From: Raillietiella orientalis
Lineage: Eukaryota
Length of the DNA stretch: 64,000 nucleotides
Assembly (NCBI GenBank): GCA_036172245.1
Contig: JAYWIR010000011.1
Location: 1,302,001 to 1,366,000 of the forward strand
Direction: 5' to 3'
The translations under genes and the position numbers were made by a program. Position 1 is the first letter of the stretch, and the number at the start of each line of letters is the position of its first letter. This document shows positions 11,801 to 24,349 of the stretch, in pieces. Below the pieces are notes generated by a model. It was not told where the DNA came from. It did no database searches and saw only the letters and a list, made by a program, of their open reading frames with translations.

Positions 11801-14199
11801 CCCACGCTCTGGTCCTTCCCGCCCTGGATCCAGCAGCGCCCATCGTCGACGGCTCTTCAGAGCCCGCAAACACACGGTGGTGATGACGTCCCACATCACC
11901 GTTTGCTTCCCCTCCTCCCCCGTCTCGTCTTCTTGCTTCCGTCGAGGTCGGACCCCGCGCCCGGGGAACCGCAGGACACGGGGGCGGCAGAGTGGGTTTC
12001 GCCCTCGGAGGGGGCAAGCAATCGCCCCAGGTTTTTTCAAGGTGGTCCCGGGTCTTCCAAGGGCAGATTTTTGTTTGTTTGTTGCTCCTTTGGAAGTGCC
12101 CCGAGCTGGGGCGGTCTCGCTCCCCGTTCCCTTAAGGCCAGTGGATTTTTTCGTGTTCCTCGAGAGGCGCGCCGGCCCGGATGACCTCCGACCATGTTCC
12201 AGAGTAAACGGGGGGGGGGGGGGAGGGGGAAGGGAAGGGGCGCTGTAACTGGAAACGCAGCTGCATCCGATAAGACGCGAACTGGAGGTGTTGCCTAGCA
12301 AGCCTCGATCGTCTCGCCGTGCCTGCATCCTCCCGTGGGAACGAGATCTTCGCTGCCGCCGCCGCCGCCGCCGTCGCTCAAAGAGATCGGTCGTGCGTCT
12401 CGTGCGGGTGGAGCGAGAGGCGCACGCGCTCAGGATGAGGAGGAGGAGGAGGGCAAGAGGAGGGCAAGAGGAGGAGGAGGAGGAGGGTTTGTTGCGTGGA
12501 AACGCGCGCGCGCACTCTTCGGGCGCACGATTGCAGTCCGTCCTGCACACTGAAGTGCACGGCGCGCGGACCTACGGGGCAGCACGGGGGCGAACCGCCC
12601 GCCCCGCCCTCCGTCCGGGTGCCACCCAGGTGCGGGCGAGTTCCCGCTGCGACCTTATCGGCGGGCGAGCACCCCGTGTGTGCTCCCCGCCTGTTCCCCT
12701 CCTCTCCCCTCCCTTCTTCGAGCTCGGCAAACACCAACCCTCTTTCCCGCCCCTCTCCGCCAGCTCCGGATCCTCCCACGCAGGGGCCCCGCTCGATCCC
12801 TCTCGGGATGGCGCTCGCGATGCGTGCCTCCCTCCTTTCCTCCACCCGATTCCTCCTCGTTCCGGGAGTCGTCCCGCTCCCACTGGTGAAGCACCGTCAA
12901 GGGACCTCGCAAGCGACTCTCCTACGGAAACCTTGCGGTGAGCATTCCGGGAAACCCCGACCTTGCTCCTCCTTTTCCCCGGCCCCTCGTCCTCGAAGTC
13001 CCGGGCAACTCCCCCGCGCGACGCCGGATAATGATTTTCCTTGCCATTTCCGTTTCCTCTTTTCCCGGAGAGTTTGCAAAGCAAATAAAAGCGAGACAAA
13101 TCACAAGATTCCTTTCCCGCTTTGCTTTCCCCCCCCCTCCCCTTCCCCCCATCTGTGCTCCCGGTTCGGAGCTTCGCAACTTCCCCAAGCTTCGCGTTCT
13201 CTCCCATTTCGATTTGTTCCGATGTCCGAGCGTGTGGATGTGGAAGATCCAGGACGATCACGACAGGGAGCGCGCGCTGCGCGGGAGGAAAGGGAAGGGG
13301 GGGGGGGAGGAGGACCGTCGCGATTGGCGGGGGAGGAAGGAAGACAAGGGGAGGGGAGACTGGATCGCCGGCGTAGCTCGCGTCGTGGAGTCCGACCGGA
13401 GCGGTGGCGCGCGAACGTCTTCCGCACGTGAACCTCCAGGGTGAGGAGGAGACCCGGTCGACCTGGCTTCCAGAGGATTGCAAACTCCACGAGGCGATCG
13501 GCAGGAACACCGGGGCGCTTGTCGGTCCCCCCCCCCCCCCACTCTCCTCATCCTCAGTCGCCGAAAGCTCCTTCCCTTCCTGTCTCGCCTCTTCTGCAAG
13601 GCCGGCAGGGCGTTCCGAAAGAGGGTCCGGATGGACACGTGCACGCGAGTGGGAAACAGGAGCACCATCCGCCCGTTCTTCTCGGTCAGGGTGGACGCGC
13701 GCACACGCTCGTCCTATCATCCTTCCCCTCCCCCTCGAGGAAGCGACGAGGGCGGGGCGAGAGGGCGGCGGACGACCTGGCGACTGACTCATCAACTGCG
13801 ATGACGTATGAGCAGGGAGAAGGAGGAAGGGTCGCGGAAGGGAGACAGCGTCCGGGAGGGTGCAAGCACCTGGCATCGTCGGAAAGAGGCAGGGGGCAGG
13901 GGAGGGGAGGCTGGGGGTGGGAACCCGTCGAACGGGGGCGCAGCTGACAAGGGAAGGTCGTGCAGCTCGCGAGCCCAGTCCGGAGAATCTGTCCCTGGAC
14001 CGGGAAGTATTGGCTGCCCGCGGTTGTGAGTTTCTTCGGCCGAAACGACACACACGGGCGCAGAGCACAGGGCGCCGCGTTCGCTCCGGGCGCATGGGTG
14101 GCTAGAAAGACCGCGACCTTCGCTGCGAGGGAGAGGAAGTGAGGTCTGATCACTGGCTACTGGAACTCGGCATCCATGAAACGAGGTGTTTTTCGAGAG

Positions 14200-16400
14200 G
14201 GTGCTTCTTGTGAAGATGGGTGGGGCAGCAGTGCTTTCTGGGCCTGCAGAAGGACTCGTTTCGCGGAGAGGGCTGGGGGCATTCCAATCGCTTCCTGCCC
14301 CTTCCCCCCCCTCACTTCTGCTTTCTGGACTGCGGATCCCGGATGTTCAGGGGATGCGCTCTTCCGTTTCTATCCAGCTCTCTGGGACTGCACTGGAAGG
14401 AGGAAGGTCCGCTTCCCCCTGGATGGAGGAGGAAAGTCATCACTGGTAGCTGAATGTCTGCGAGCCTACAGATGCACCCGGTGGCGGCCACCGGATCCAT
14501 CCTTACCGCCCACTCCTCACGCCACTGCGGTCTCGTCTGCTCTACGGATCCGGCTGCAGAGGGGGTGACTTCCCTGCATTCTACGCTCTCCAAGGGAATG
14601 AACACCGCCGGGAAAGCAGGCTCGAGGAAAGCTTCTGCCCACGGGAGCCGTCGCCGAGTATTTCCATCCTGCGCTCCAGGATCATCTGCTTGTTCGGTCT
14701 CGCGGGGTCCACTCACGGGGGTCTCTTCGAGAAGCCATTGATGCAAGGGTTGAACTCTTCGTCACTGGAGCTTCACTGACCCTGGCGGCGATTTGCCTCC
14801 TTCGCACGCATCAGGGAGCGAGCGTGCCAAGGTCCCTCGTAAGGGTTGACTCGGAACACCGCCGCGCGGGCGTTAGGGCGTGCGCCTCGCAAATCGAGGG
14901 TTTGGGAAGGTCCAAGTGGATCGAGGGGCAGTGCGCAGAGGTCGTGCTCTCCAACCTCCTTCGGTTCCGATCCGCCAAGAAGTTCGGATAGCATCCTCAC
15001 AGTTCCGCGTTTTTCTGCTGCAGCTGCCCCAACTTCCCCGTTTCCTTAACCGCTTTTCCTCACGCGCTTTCTGCGTAGGACGAGACCCCTAGGCATCGGA
15101 AACTTCAAAGTGGGAGACGGTCGACTTTTATTTTTTTCGTGAGCAGGCACAGCGAAAGAGCACGCTGTGCTCCGGTAAAAGTGTTTCCGGAATCCCGGAT
15201 GATGGATCGCAAGGACAGGGGAGTGACCGCTCGTGTCGGCACCTTGGAAGCGTGTCGATACTTTTCGGTGGCAGATTTGGATGCGGTTTCTAAGCGCGAA
15301 GGCAGAATCTCTCTTCCGAGACTGCCCGTGTGCGCCATCGGTCCAGCGTCTCTCTTCTATATTTTTTTGGTTTTTCTCTCCATGTGACCGGAGGCAGCTT
15401 TTTCGGAGCAGTATCTTTTCACGGCAAGTCTTTTCGGTGCCCACTGCGCCGTGGACCGACATCCTTCCTCCATGCCGAAAGAGCCGACCTTTCTTCTGCT
15501 TTCGGATCGTCCGTCACGTCCCATCCAGGGAGAGGAGATTACGTAATCGATTTTGCCGCCAGCTGAGGAGCTGCTTTTATCGATCGGGACGACCTCTTCG
15601 AAACCCTTGCGCGTACTCGCGAAGCCCTCGTTTTCTCCGACCAAACATTGCACAGCCCGTCTCAGTTCTCTAAGACAATAGACGTTTACCGACCAAAGTG
15701 CGGGCGGGAGCACTTTGCCCACCGGCATTCCATCCCTCCGCAACCTGGGAGCAGTTCGCGTCGCCAACCTGACTTTCGAGACATCCAACCGCTGCCGCGA
15801 TTCACTCACTGCCTTGTGCTGCGGCAGCGCCGTCGGCTTGGGTCTGCAACATCGAGGGGGAACAGAACGATGAGTGAATCTTCCGTTCCGTTCCCAGATG
15901 AAGAGGAACGGAACGTTCAGCAGAATTTACTCCTCGTAGGAGAAACCTCCCCCTCCCACACGGGAAACTCCACTCCCTTCCTTTCTCTTTGGGGATCCAG
16001 GAGAGATTTTCCTTCTCCGCTGCCTCCGCCGCTTGTAAGCCAGAGAGGCGCGTGGACGCCTGCCGGCGCGTCCTGGAACCTCAACTTTATCTCGGAGCCG
16101 ATTAGACCAGCTCAGACGACCCCCTCGGCCCTCGCTTTTCGCGCGACTCTTTGGAGAGCAAATCTGGAAAGGGTGGAGGCAACTGGGGGACTTGGCATCG
16201 GCCGATCCCACTCGCAAACCGAGGTGGGAGTTCATTCTCGAATCCTCGAGGTTTTGCAGGCCGAATGTCCTTGTCTTTCCCTCTTCCTCCTATCTCTTTA
16301 TCTTCCCTGGATCTTCGACGTTCCTTGCATCTCCGCGTCCCGGCATCCTTAAGCGCTGCGCATCTGAGCACGATATCGAGACTCCCCATTTAACAGTCTC
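14200..16400 (-). mobile_element. Decayed LINE ORF2 5' half (endonuclease into RT N-terminus)
   Basis: Collinear remnants on the minus strand: PDLLSKESR (~16160), KIDYVISS (~15545), and DPGAQDG...AFLEPAFPAVF (~14680-14600, resembling KSPGPDG...L.P.L..VFN). Confidence 0.6.
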
Positions 16401-17274
16401 AGTCTTCCGCAGATGGAGCAGAAACTTCTTGCAAGAAAAAAGTAAAGCTTTCTTCTTTCCCTCCACTTTTTTTCCCGTTCCTCTGCTCTTCTAACCCTCA
16501 TCATCACTGCCATGAGACTCGTGACAGACCTATGGGGACTGTGGAGAAAGCGCTTTCGTTGAGAAAGGTCGGCTGTGGCGAGAGCCGCAGCGGCTTTCGA
16601 CTGGGGAGAAAAGAAAGGCAAACCCAATTGCGAGGAGTGCAGATAAAGGAGGATAAAGGGGAGGTATGCTCCATAGAAGCGTCGGTGGAAGATGTCTATC
16701 GCCACCAACGCGTCGTTCACAGAATTTCCCAAGAATGTCTTCAGCCAGCCTTCGTGTTCATCCACTGCAAGCAACGAGGGCGTGCACATGATCCGTAAAA
16801 TGCTCGTCGTTGCCGAATAAACCACACTTTCTTACTGTTGCTATACCACCCTCGTCGTCAGGGTGACAGCCCCGATGTTCAAGATCCGAAGTCTCCGTGG
16901 AGAACTCCGGCTTCAGCCCACACGACAATCTGGAAAGGAGGAGAGAGCATCCCCTCGGCGATGAGAACTTGGAGGATTCGCTGTACTCCAGAGACAAACG
17001 TGCATCACCTCAGCTGATGCACAGTGGTCAAGCCTCTTCCGTATTCAAGGGTGGTTTCGGAAGCCTCTGCTCGCTTTCCAGCAAGAAAAGAGCGACGATA
17101 AGAACCACACGGATGACGACAACTTTGACACTTGTCATTTAGAAGACTTTCGGAGTGGCAAAGAGGGGGAGGAAGATTTTTTTTTCCTCCTGGAGAATTT
17201 GTCGGCAGGAGCAGCGTGACGCCATTCCGTGCCTGCATCATGGCTGACACTTTCATAGGTTCCCTACTCCCAAG

Positions 17275-19382
17275 CACGTGCGCGAAGTGACGTCATCCCA
17301 ACAATGCGGAGATCCGCTCTCACGCGCCCGATGAAGCTGAACTGCCGTTCATTGCTTCCCCGTCCGACTCCTCATGTTCGATCACGGCAAGGATGCTGGA
17401 AACCGCGGAGCAGCGCCTTTCCTTGAGGCGGAAGAGCCAAGCAGGAGAGAGGAGGCGCCCAGGCTGTGGCGGAGGGCGACCTTCCCTTCCGGGAAGCGAG
17501 GAGAGGGGGAAGGGAGTCTGGTCGCCGATAGGTGCACTGCCTTCGCTCTCGCACCCGGAACGGGGCAGGCGGCAGCGGCAAGGGAAGCTGATCCTTCCGT
17601 AGGGAAAGGATCTTCTCTGGGATGTTCCGAGAGTATCCGTGAGACGAGAGGGCAGCCTTCTCCCGCGTTCTGTCGCGCCGCGCAGAGCGACGGGCGAGCG
17701 TAGCACCCGCGCTGCTGCCGTCACTCCCTACAGTCGGCCGGCAAGCGGGGTGTTGTCCTCAGAAGCCAAGAATCGCAAGGGGCGACCCAAAACCGGACTA
17801 AAACCGGGGGAAGGGGGGGGGGGAGAGAAGTGCGGGTGAAAATCCGGACCCCCTCGCGGGTGGCCGCTTCCCGGTCCCGATCTCACGCCCTTTCCCACCA
17901 CTCTTCGCTCCCGGAGCAAAAGAATAAGGGGAGGAGAAGGCCTTCTGGAGCTTGGCGGGAGAGGGGTTTGGGGGAGGAAGGGACGGGGGGGGGGAGAAGC
18001 AACAGGTGGAATTCCCATCTGCTTCCCCCTCCATCCTCTTCGGGAAAAACGGCGAAGGGACGCGCGACCGGGAACGCCCCTCCCGCGCAGGTGCGCGTCT
18101 CCCGAGACGCGAGGAGCGCTCGAACCTCCCTTCAGTCGTGCTGCGGGCGAGGACTCTTCCGGGAGCGGTTCGCGTTGACAAAGGGAGGAGGAGAAGGACG
18201 GGAGAGCGCCCTGCCGCCCGCGACGCCCCGGGAAGCTCCCGGTAGGTCCGTTCTGAGGGGTTCCGGGGGAGAGACGAACGGCTCTGCGTTCCCCTTTGGA
18301 TCCCTCTCGGTGACCCGTGCTCTCCACCGGGATGCGGGAAGGAAGGGGGGGGGGGAGGAGAAAGAAGAGGAGGAGAAACAGGGTTCGCTTCCCCTACCCT
18401 GCCCTCCCCCCCCACCTTTGATTGCTTTCCTCCAACGTGGCTGCTGGCCTCTCGACGTCTCCCCGCGTGCCGCCATGTGGGGGAATGGAGGTCGCCGCGC
18501 GCTGAGGGTTTTTCTGAGTAGTAGAGGGAGGGGGAGGGGAGGGATCGCGGAGACTTCCGGCCCGGACGCGTCTGGAGCACGTGGTCGATGACGTGCGTGA
18601 CGTCACACGCGTGCTACTGGCATCGGTCGCTTGAGGGCGGGATGGGTGGGGGGAGCGGGCTATTTTTATGCTGCAGCCTTCCCGGAAAAAAAAAAACACA
18701 CACACACACACACATACACACTCCATCTTCCCGCTCCTTTCCCGAGGGGGAAGGAACGGGAGGGAAGGAAGCGCTCAAGCAGGGAAGGTCGTCGTGCCCT
18801 CCTCTACGCCCTCTGGGTCTCTCCCTTTCCTCTTCCTGTCCGGGGGATCTTCTCCGAGATCTCCAGTGGAGGGGAAGGCCCCCCTCAAAAATGCCTCTGG
18901 CAGCACGCGATTCCTCGGAAGACCCATCGGCTTCCGGCGCAGAGGAGTCGGTGGTCCAGTGGGAGGAGGAGTCCCAGCTTGGCCCCTGACCGGGACCGCG
19001 CCCTGTTCGGTCGAGGCGGTCGGGTGGTTCCTGGAAACTCCCGGGTTCTCTCCCGTGCCTCACCCTCCGCATGCGGGGATCTCGCCCGTGCAGTCTCCAC
19101 AGAGAAGCCGGGAGCGGACCCTCTCCATCTCGGATTCGTGCGGAGGGGTCAGCAGCCCATGCACCTCTATGCGACGCCCCTAAGAAACCCTTGGAGGGTC
19201 ACGTGATATTCCCCCTCCCCCATCTGTTCCTCCTTCCCACCGGCTCTCTTCATGACTTCCTGGGTCGCCCCTCGTAGTTCTTCGTTTCCGAAGACAACTC
19301 CCCGCTTGCCGGCGGACCACCAGGCGTGACGTCAGCGGTGCGTCACGTGCGCCACTGACTTCACTCCCGGCAGTGCCACGTG
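17275..19382. promoter_or_regulatory. Cluster of paired CRE (TGACGTCA) and E-box (CACGTG) sites
   Basis: CRE at 17288, 18598, 19327; CACGTG at 17275, 18578, 19200, 19344, 19377. Confidence 0.4.
18696..18721 (+). repeat. (CA)n microsatellite following an A run
   Basis: Directly visible. Confidence 0.85.
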
Positions 19383-19899
19383 CAGGTGCCACGCTCGCTC
19401 TCTCGCTCGCACGTCGCTCTGCGCGGCGCGATAGAACGCGGGAAAAAGCGCCTCGTGGGTGGAACGCTCCACGGAATGCGGCCTGTGCGACCTCGCGAGG
19501 TCACGCGTAGACATCTCCGAGTCAGCTCGCGGAGCGGAGACGCGATCCGTCTGCCTTCTGCCATGTGCCTGCCAACGGCCTCCCGCGGTCAGCCCAGGCT
19601 GCGACAAAGAGGGCATGCAGTTTCCTGGATGGATCGGCACTACGCATCAGTCGGGTTCCAGCAAGAGCAGCTCCTCTTCCTCTCCCACCTTCCTCTTCGT
19701 CATGGTCTCCACACCGATGAAGAAAAAGGAGAGAAAGGATGAGGAAGAGGAAGGGAAAAGGAGCTGACTGTGGCAGGTCTGCCCCACTGAACACAACGGT
19801 GGTGGTTGGGCGCCGCTACCGCTGCATGGTTTGTTTTGCATCTGCAGTGGTGCTCTCTGGATGGAGCGCGCGGGAGCGTCTGGCAGAACGCCTGCGAGT

Positions 19900-21600
19900 C
19901 CTTTGGTCGTCCCTCCCTCTCCTTGCAAGCGAGAGGTCCTAACGAGAGGCGTACCCTGTTCCCGGGTGGAAGGTGGGGTGGGGGGAATGGAAGCCGACTT
20001 CCCTCTCGAGTGAGTGACCAGTCGGTCGAGAAGCGGCAGGTCTGCCCATGCCCCTTGAACCGCGCCCGAATGGATCCACTAGGACCGAGTCCCATGCCGC
20101 ACTCCCGGATGGACCCCATCGGTCCGAGACTCTGTGCGGAGACACCAATGTCGTGCACGGGGAACTCATGCGTCCGAACAGCTGCGGGCGCGTCCGGTGG
20201 GCCGCACTCTGAGACGTGGCGCGATCCGGCAGCGTGCCACGAGACCACCCGCTTCCATGTACCATGGGATGACGCGCCATTCCATGGTACAGGGAAACTG
20301 CGAGTGAGGGTCGGGTGGGGGATGGAGGATCTCCTCACCCTCTCTCCCGTGGTGGGAGAGCGTGTGTCTTAACGCTTAAAGGGCGCGCGTGGGGATCTTC
20401 GTCTTCGCGCACTTTGCGGAAGCGGCATCTCGCCGGGACGGGATCGTGCGCTGAAGAAGGAGGGGGACTGGGAACGGTCCCTCGTTGGACCAATCCCCCA
20501 CTTTTCCCCGTAGTCCCACGCTGGGCGCTTCGGGAGCCTCGCCTCAGAGACGGGAATGCCACTCCCCGTCGGGTCTCAGCGCTCTTGGAGTCGCCGCTTC
20601 CTACGAGCAACTCTTCCTCCCCCAGTCCCCACAGAGAACAGAGAGACGGGACTCGTACCCCCTACGTCTTACAGGAGAGGCGCTCTCTGGCTTCCGCGAC
20701 CTGAGGGGGCAGATCGATGGGCACTTCCGGTTTTCGGGATGCTCTGCAGACCGACGGGCACCGGAAATCTCACTGCCGAAGGGGGGAGAGGATGCGGCCC
20801 TATACGGTCGCAGCCGCTCCCTGCTCGTCTTTCTCGGGGTCGCTTGGCAGCAGGTGCTCGGGTTCGCCGTCACGACCTTTGCAAGCAGATGCGGAGGAGG
20901 CCAGGGGTATCGCAGGTGGCGTTCTGGGTTCGGCCCGCCCCTCAGTGCCTCGTGGGAAAGGCACTGCGGTGTGGGCCCCTCCACCACAAGGGGAAACGGA
21001 AGAAGGAAGCCTCTTCCGGGAAGTCTGCATCTGGAAGGAAAGGCAGGAGCGGGGAAAAGAGAAACCTCTGGTCCGGCCGGAAATCTTTCCGAGCAAAGCA
21101 GGAGACCTCCCCTAGCTGAATGGGGCGCCCTCCCCACGACCTTCCTCTTTCGCAGAGCTTGTGAGCGGCTCTCTCTCTGTCTATGGGTTGGCGGGCGCCG
21201 ACCCAGAGCCCCTCGTCAGTTCACAGCACGCTACTGTGACGCGCGTGTCCTCAATACAACCTCCAGTGCTCCGAGATTTCCACGGAGATTTCGCAGCGAA
21301 CTACTCCCTTTCTCTTGTCGCGATTGGAAACCTGTCCTTTGAATTCCAGAGTATCGCCGCGCCCGCTTGGGGCGGCGTGGGGCACATCCTCAGCGGATAC
21401 CTCGAAAATCGGCGGTCCGCTGTCCCCTCTCCCCCTTCTCCCTGCCGAGGTCATGGAATCGCCTTGCCCCCTGCAGGATGCTTGCGACAAGTCCCGGATG
21501 GCGTCCCTCCATCTCACTCACCCTGCCGCGGGATCCAGGCGGAGGGAAGCCCTCTGCCGTGGGTCGCGTCGGGTTTCCGAGAGCGCCTGAGGACATAGGT
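19900..21600 (-). mobile_element. Decayed LINE reverse transcriptase region
   Basis: LLAKVVTAN (~20880), RSFPVP (~20295) and FPVHDIGV (~20155, YADD position) occur in the expected order, with many frameshifts. Confidence 0.45.
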
Positions 21601-22249
21601 CATGCTCCCAATGTCCCTCCTTCCCCTCCTGCCGGATCGCGGAAGCTGCCCCCGGCGCGCGTGCTTGCCAGGGTCTCCCCCTCTTCCCCTTGCCGCGCCG
21701 TTGCAGGTCCTCCGCGACCTCAGGGCGCAGCGCTGCTCGAGAGGTCGCGACGAGGGACTCCTCCGACGTCGTGCGTCCGCCCGCATGTGCGCGTGGGAGG
21801 GTCAAGTTGGCTGCCCCCTCACCCTCCCTGGCTCCGGAGCCCTCGGTGCGGGGGAGATGGCGGCAGCGAGAGGGATCAGATCGGGGGTGGAGTAGCCGAG
21901 GGGGAGGAACGGCCAGAGATATGGAATTTCGCGGGAATCCGCCCGAGCCGGGAGGAGGCGAGAGGCGAGCCGCTTGGGACCCAGCCAGCCGGGTCCTGGA
22001 AGCTCCCCGCCCCCCTCGACTTTTCCTGGAAACCAGCTGCCGCGGATCATCATCTTCCCACTGCTAAAGGATGCCTCTTTCCAGAAAGCGCCCCCAGGAA
22101 CTCGTTCCATTCCATCCTAAAGCCCGCTAAGGACCACGCCCGAGCGCTGCTCCAGACTGATGCGGAGTGCCAGGTGACTATTGCAACATCCTTCTTTTCT
22201 TTGCTTCCCGCTTTGGGAAAGAAAGGGGGGCGGGGGATGCTCACGGTGG

Positions 22250-23050
22250 CAACGAGGGTCCCTTCCGAGCCTCGTTCCTAGCAGCGGGTTCCCAGTCTCG
22301 AGAATGCCGGACTCGCCTCGGTGCTCGCGTGGGGGCGGGCCGGGAGTCATCCGCCGCCGCCATCCCTGCCGTTCGCACACGCGAGTGAGCGGCGGATACG
22401 GACGGACGGACCCAATGAGCGATGGCACTAAAGCACTCTCCATCTCGGGGGGTAGGGGAAATTGGCAGGCATGGGAGGGACCTTTCCTTTCCAACGGCTT
22501 CCCCCGGGTGCGCCAAGGCGAGTTCGGCTGCCTCCGAGCCGCTAGCGGTCCGCGCCGTTGGTATCCTCGGCGCCTCGAGTGAGGAAGCCGCGCCTGGACA
22601 GAACCCCGAAACCGGACTGCCCTCCAGGGGCACGGTCAAGTCGGGTCACTCGCTCCCAGGTTACGATTTGCGCGCGCAGACGGTGGACGACGGCTCGGAG
22701 GCCGCCTTCCTGTCTGCTTCCTCACCTCCAGAACCCCGACTGATCCGCGGCTGGAAGCATCCTCTCCTGGAAGCTACGGTGGACGGCGGCGGCTGGGCCG
22801 ACCCTTCGTCCGGCGCGCGGCCGAACCTGATGGCCCACTCTCTGTTCTTCTGAATGTCCGATGCGCCCGTGGAGCACCTTATCGTCACGCAGCAGGATGG
22901 ACCTGCGGTTCCCGCCAGGACCCGCAGGTCGACCCGCCGACTGCCGCAACTCTCCTCGCCGGGGAGCCTGGACTCAGGGAGCCGGTCGATGCCTGAGGAG
23001 CAACAAGACGTGAGCTGGCCTCACAGTCAGGTTGCGAGCAGCGATGGCTC
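22250..23050 (-). mobile_element. Decayed LINE endonuclease fragment
   Basis: Weak APE-like remnants (GIDRLPESR; GGNRRSILLR) on the minus strand. Confidence 0.3.
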
Positions 23051-23242
23051 CGCTCCCTATTGCTCGTCAGTCAGACGCGCTTCGCTCCAAATGGGAGAAG
23101 CGGCAGGGAAGGGAAGGGAACGAGTGTGTCCCTGTCTCTCCCCTTTTTTCTCTAACCACCTTCTCGCCTTGAGTTGAACGTCCTTGGCCCAGAGGAGCCC
23201 CCCTCCTGCGTTTATGCCACACTCCCCCCCGCGTCTGCCGCC

Positions 23243-24349
23243 AGCCCGCGTTGGCGGTGGCCGCGCAGCTGCGGCCTCCGAACGTCGCGGGTTCGAATCC
23301 CTCCCGGGGAGGAGTTGATGACGAGAACGGGATAGCGCTGGTCGGCCCCTTGGTTGGCTTCCGGCGCCCCGTCGACAAGGTGGAATTGAAAGTCGAGGAG
23401 CCCACGTCGGAGGCTGTGTGGTTAAGGCTTCCGCGAGTGACAGCATGCGTCGTGGGCTCGAATACTCTGGCAGATACTGACGCAATGGCGTCGTTGGGTT
23501 CCGAGTTTCTCCTGCAATGGCGCTGGTTGGCCGAGACATTCGGGAGAGACACCGGTGATGCTTTAAGATGGAGACCCCCGATGAAGGTCGGAACAATGGG
23601 AGTCGACCTTCGAGTTCTTCCAGGAATCAAGGAGTGGGGAGTTCCCCCTCCGGTCGTTCAACGGAGAGCGGACCCTCTACACTGGAGGGACCCCTTCGGT
23701 TTGTTTAAGATGGAGCAGGAGCCTTCATAGGCACCTCTCCAGTTGTTCAAAGGAGCGGACCCCCCCCTGTTGTGGGGAGACCCTCCGAGTCGTCACCTCT
23801 TCACAGAGTGCAAGGACACAAGGGAGAGCGATTCCCTGCGGGAAGCTGCAGCGCCCCTTTTGAGTTTCGGAAGCGTCCCTTCGGGGTTCTCTTCAGAGGA
23901 GTGAACAGGAGCGGTTCCCTTGGAGAAGAAATTCCTACTAGCGGATCCCTTCCGGGTTCCCTTCGGAGAAGTTGAAATGGAGAGGACCACCCTCATTAGG
24001 GGGTTTCCCTCCGGAGAGAATGAGGAAGGAGATTCCCTTCGGGGTTCCCCTTTGGAGACAACCAGGGTGGGAGGCGCGATCCTCCCCGTCCGGGGAGATC
24101 CCTCCCCAAGCGGGAGAGGAACGGACTCCGAGCCCTTCCTGGATTCATAGGGCGGATCCCCATCCCGGGGTTCCCCCTATCCTGAAGAATTACACTGAAG
24201 AATTACCCGCTCCCCCTGCGGGGTTGTCGCAGGGGAGAGGCGTGGAAACTAAACAGTGTGTTTAAAGAGCCACGTGCGCCGTGAGGCACGAGACCGGCTC
24301 TGAGGTACTTAGCGAACCAAAAAAAAGAAAACTCTTAAAAAAAAAAAAA
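23243..24349 (+). mobile_element. Composite tRNA-headed SINE-like element, copy 1 (longest, about 1.1 kb)
   Basis: Three T-arm/B-box-like motifs (GGTTCGAATCC 23290-23300, GGCTCGAATAC ~23455 preceded by A-box-like GTGTGGTTAAGG, GGTTCCGAGTT ~23497). Internal ~42-nt tandem array 23868-24120, 3' hairpins, A-rich tail 24319-24349. Confidence 0.7.

Noticed and set aside
11390..14095. Long ORFs of 300-500 aa on both strands
   Set aside because: Arg/Gly/Pro/Ser-rich overlapping frames expected from stop depletion in GC-rich DNA; no domains.
20258..20291. 14-bp inverted repeat
   Set aside because: Single occurrence inside a decayed RT remnant; probably a local inverted duplication.
23243..23310. Functional tRNA gene
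   Set aside because: Only the T-arm/B-box is convincing. The D-arm and anticodon arm do not fold, so it is treated as a SINE head.
23845..23905. Hammerhead-like CTGAAGA-stem-CGAAA on the minus strand of SINE-like copy 1
   Set aside because: The other copies have CCGGATTT or CTGAATTT instead of GAAA, stem II is out of register, and there is no UH cleavage site after stem III.
23868..24120. CRISPR array
   Set aside because: Eukaryotic context, degenerate units, no unique spacers and no cas genes.
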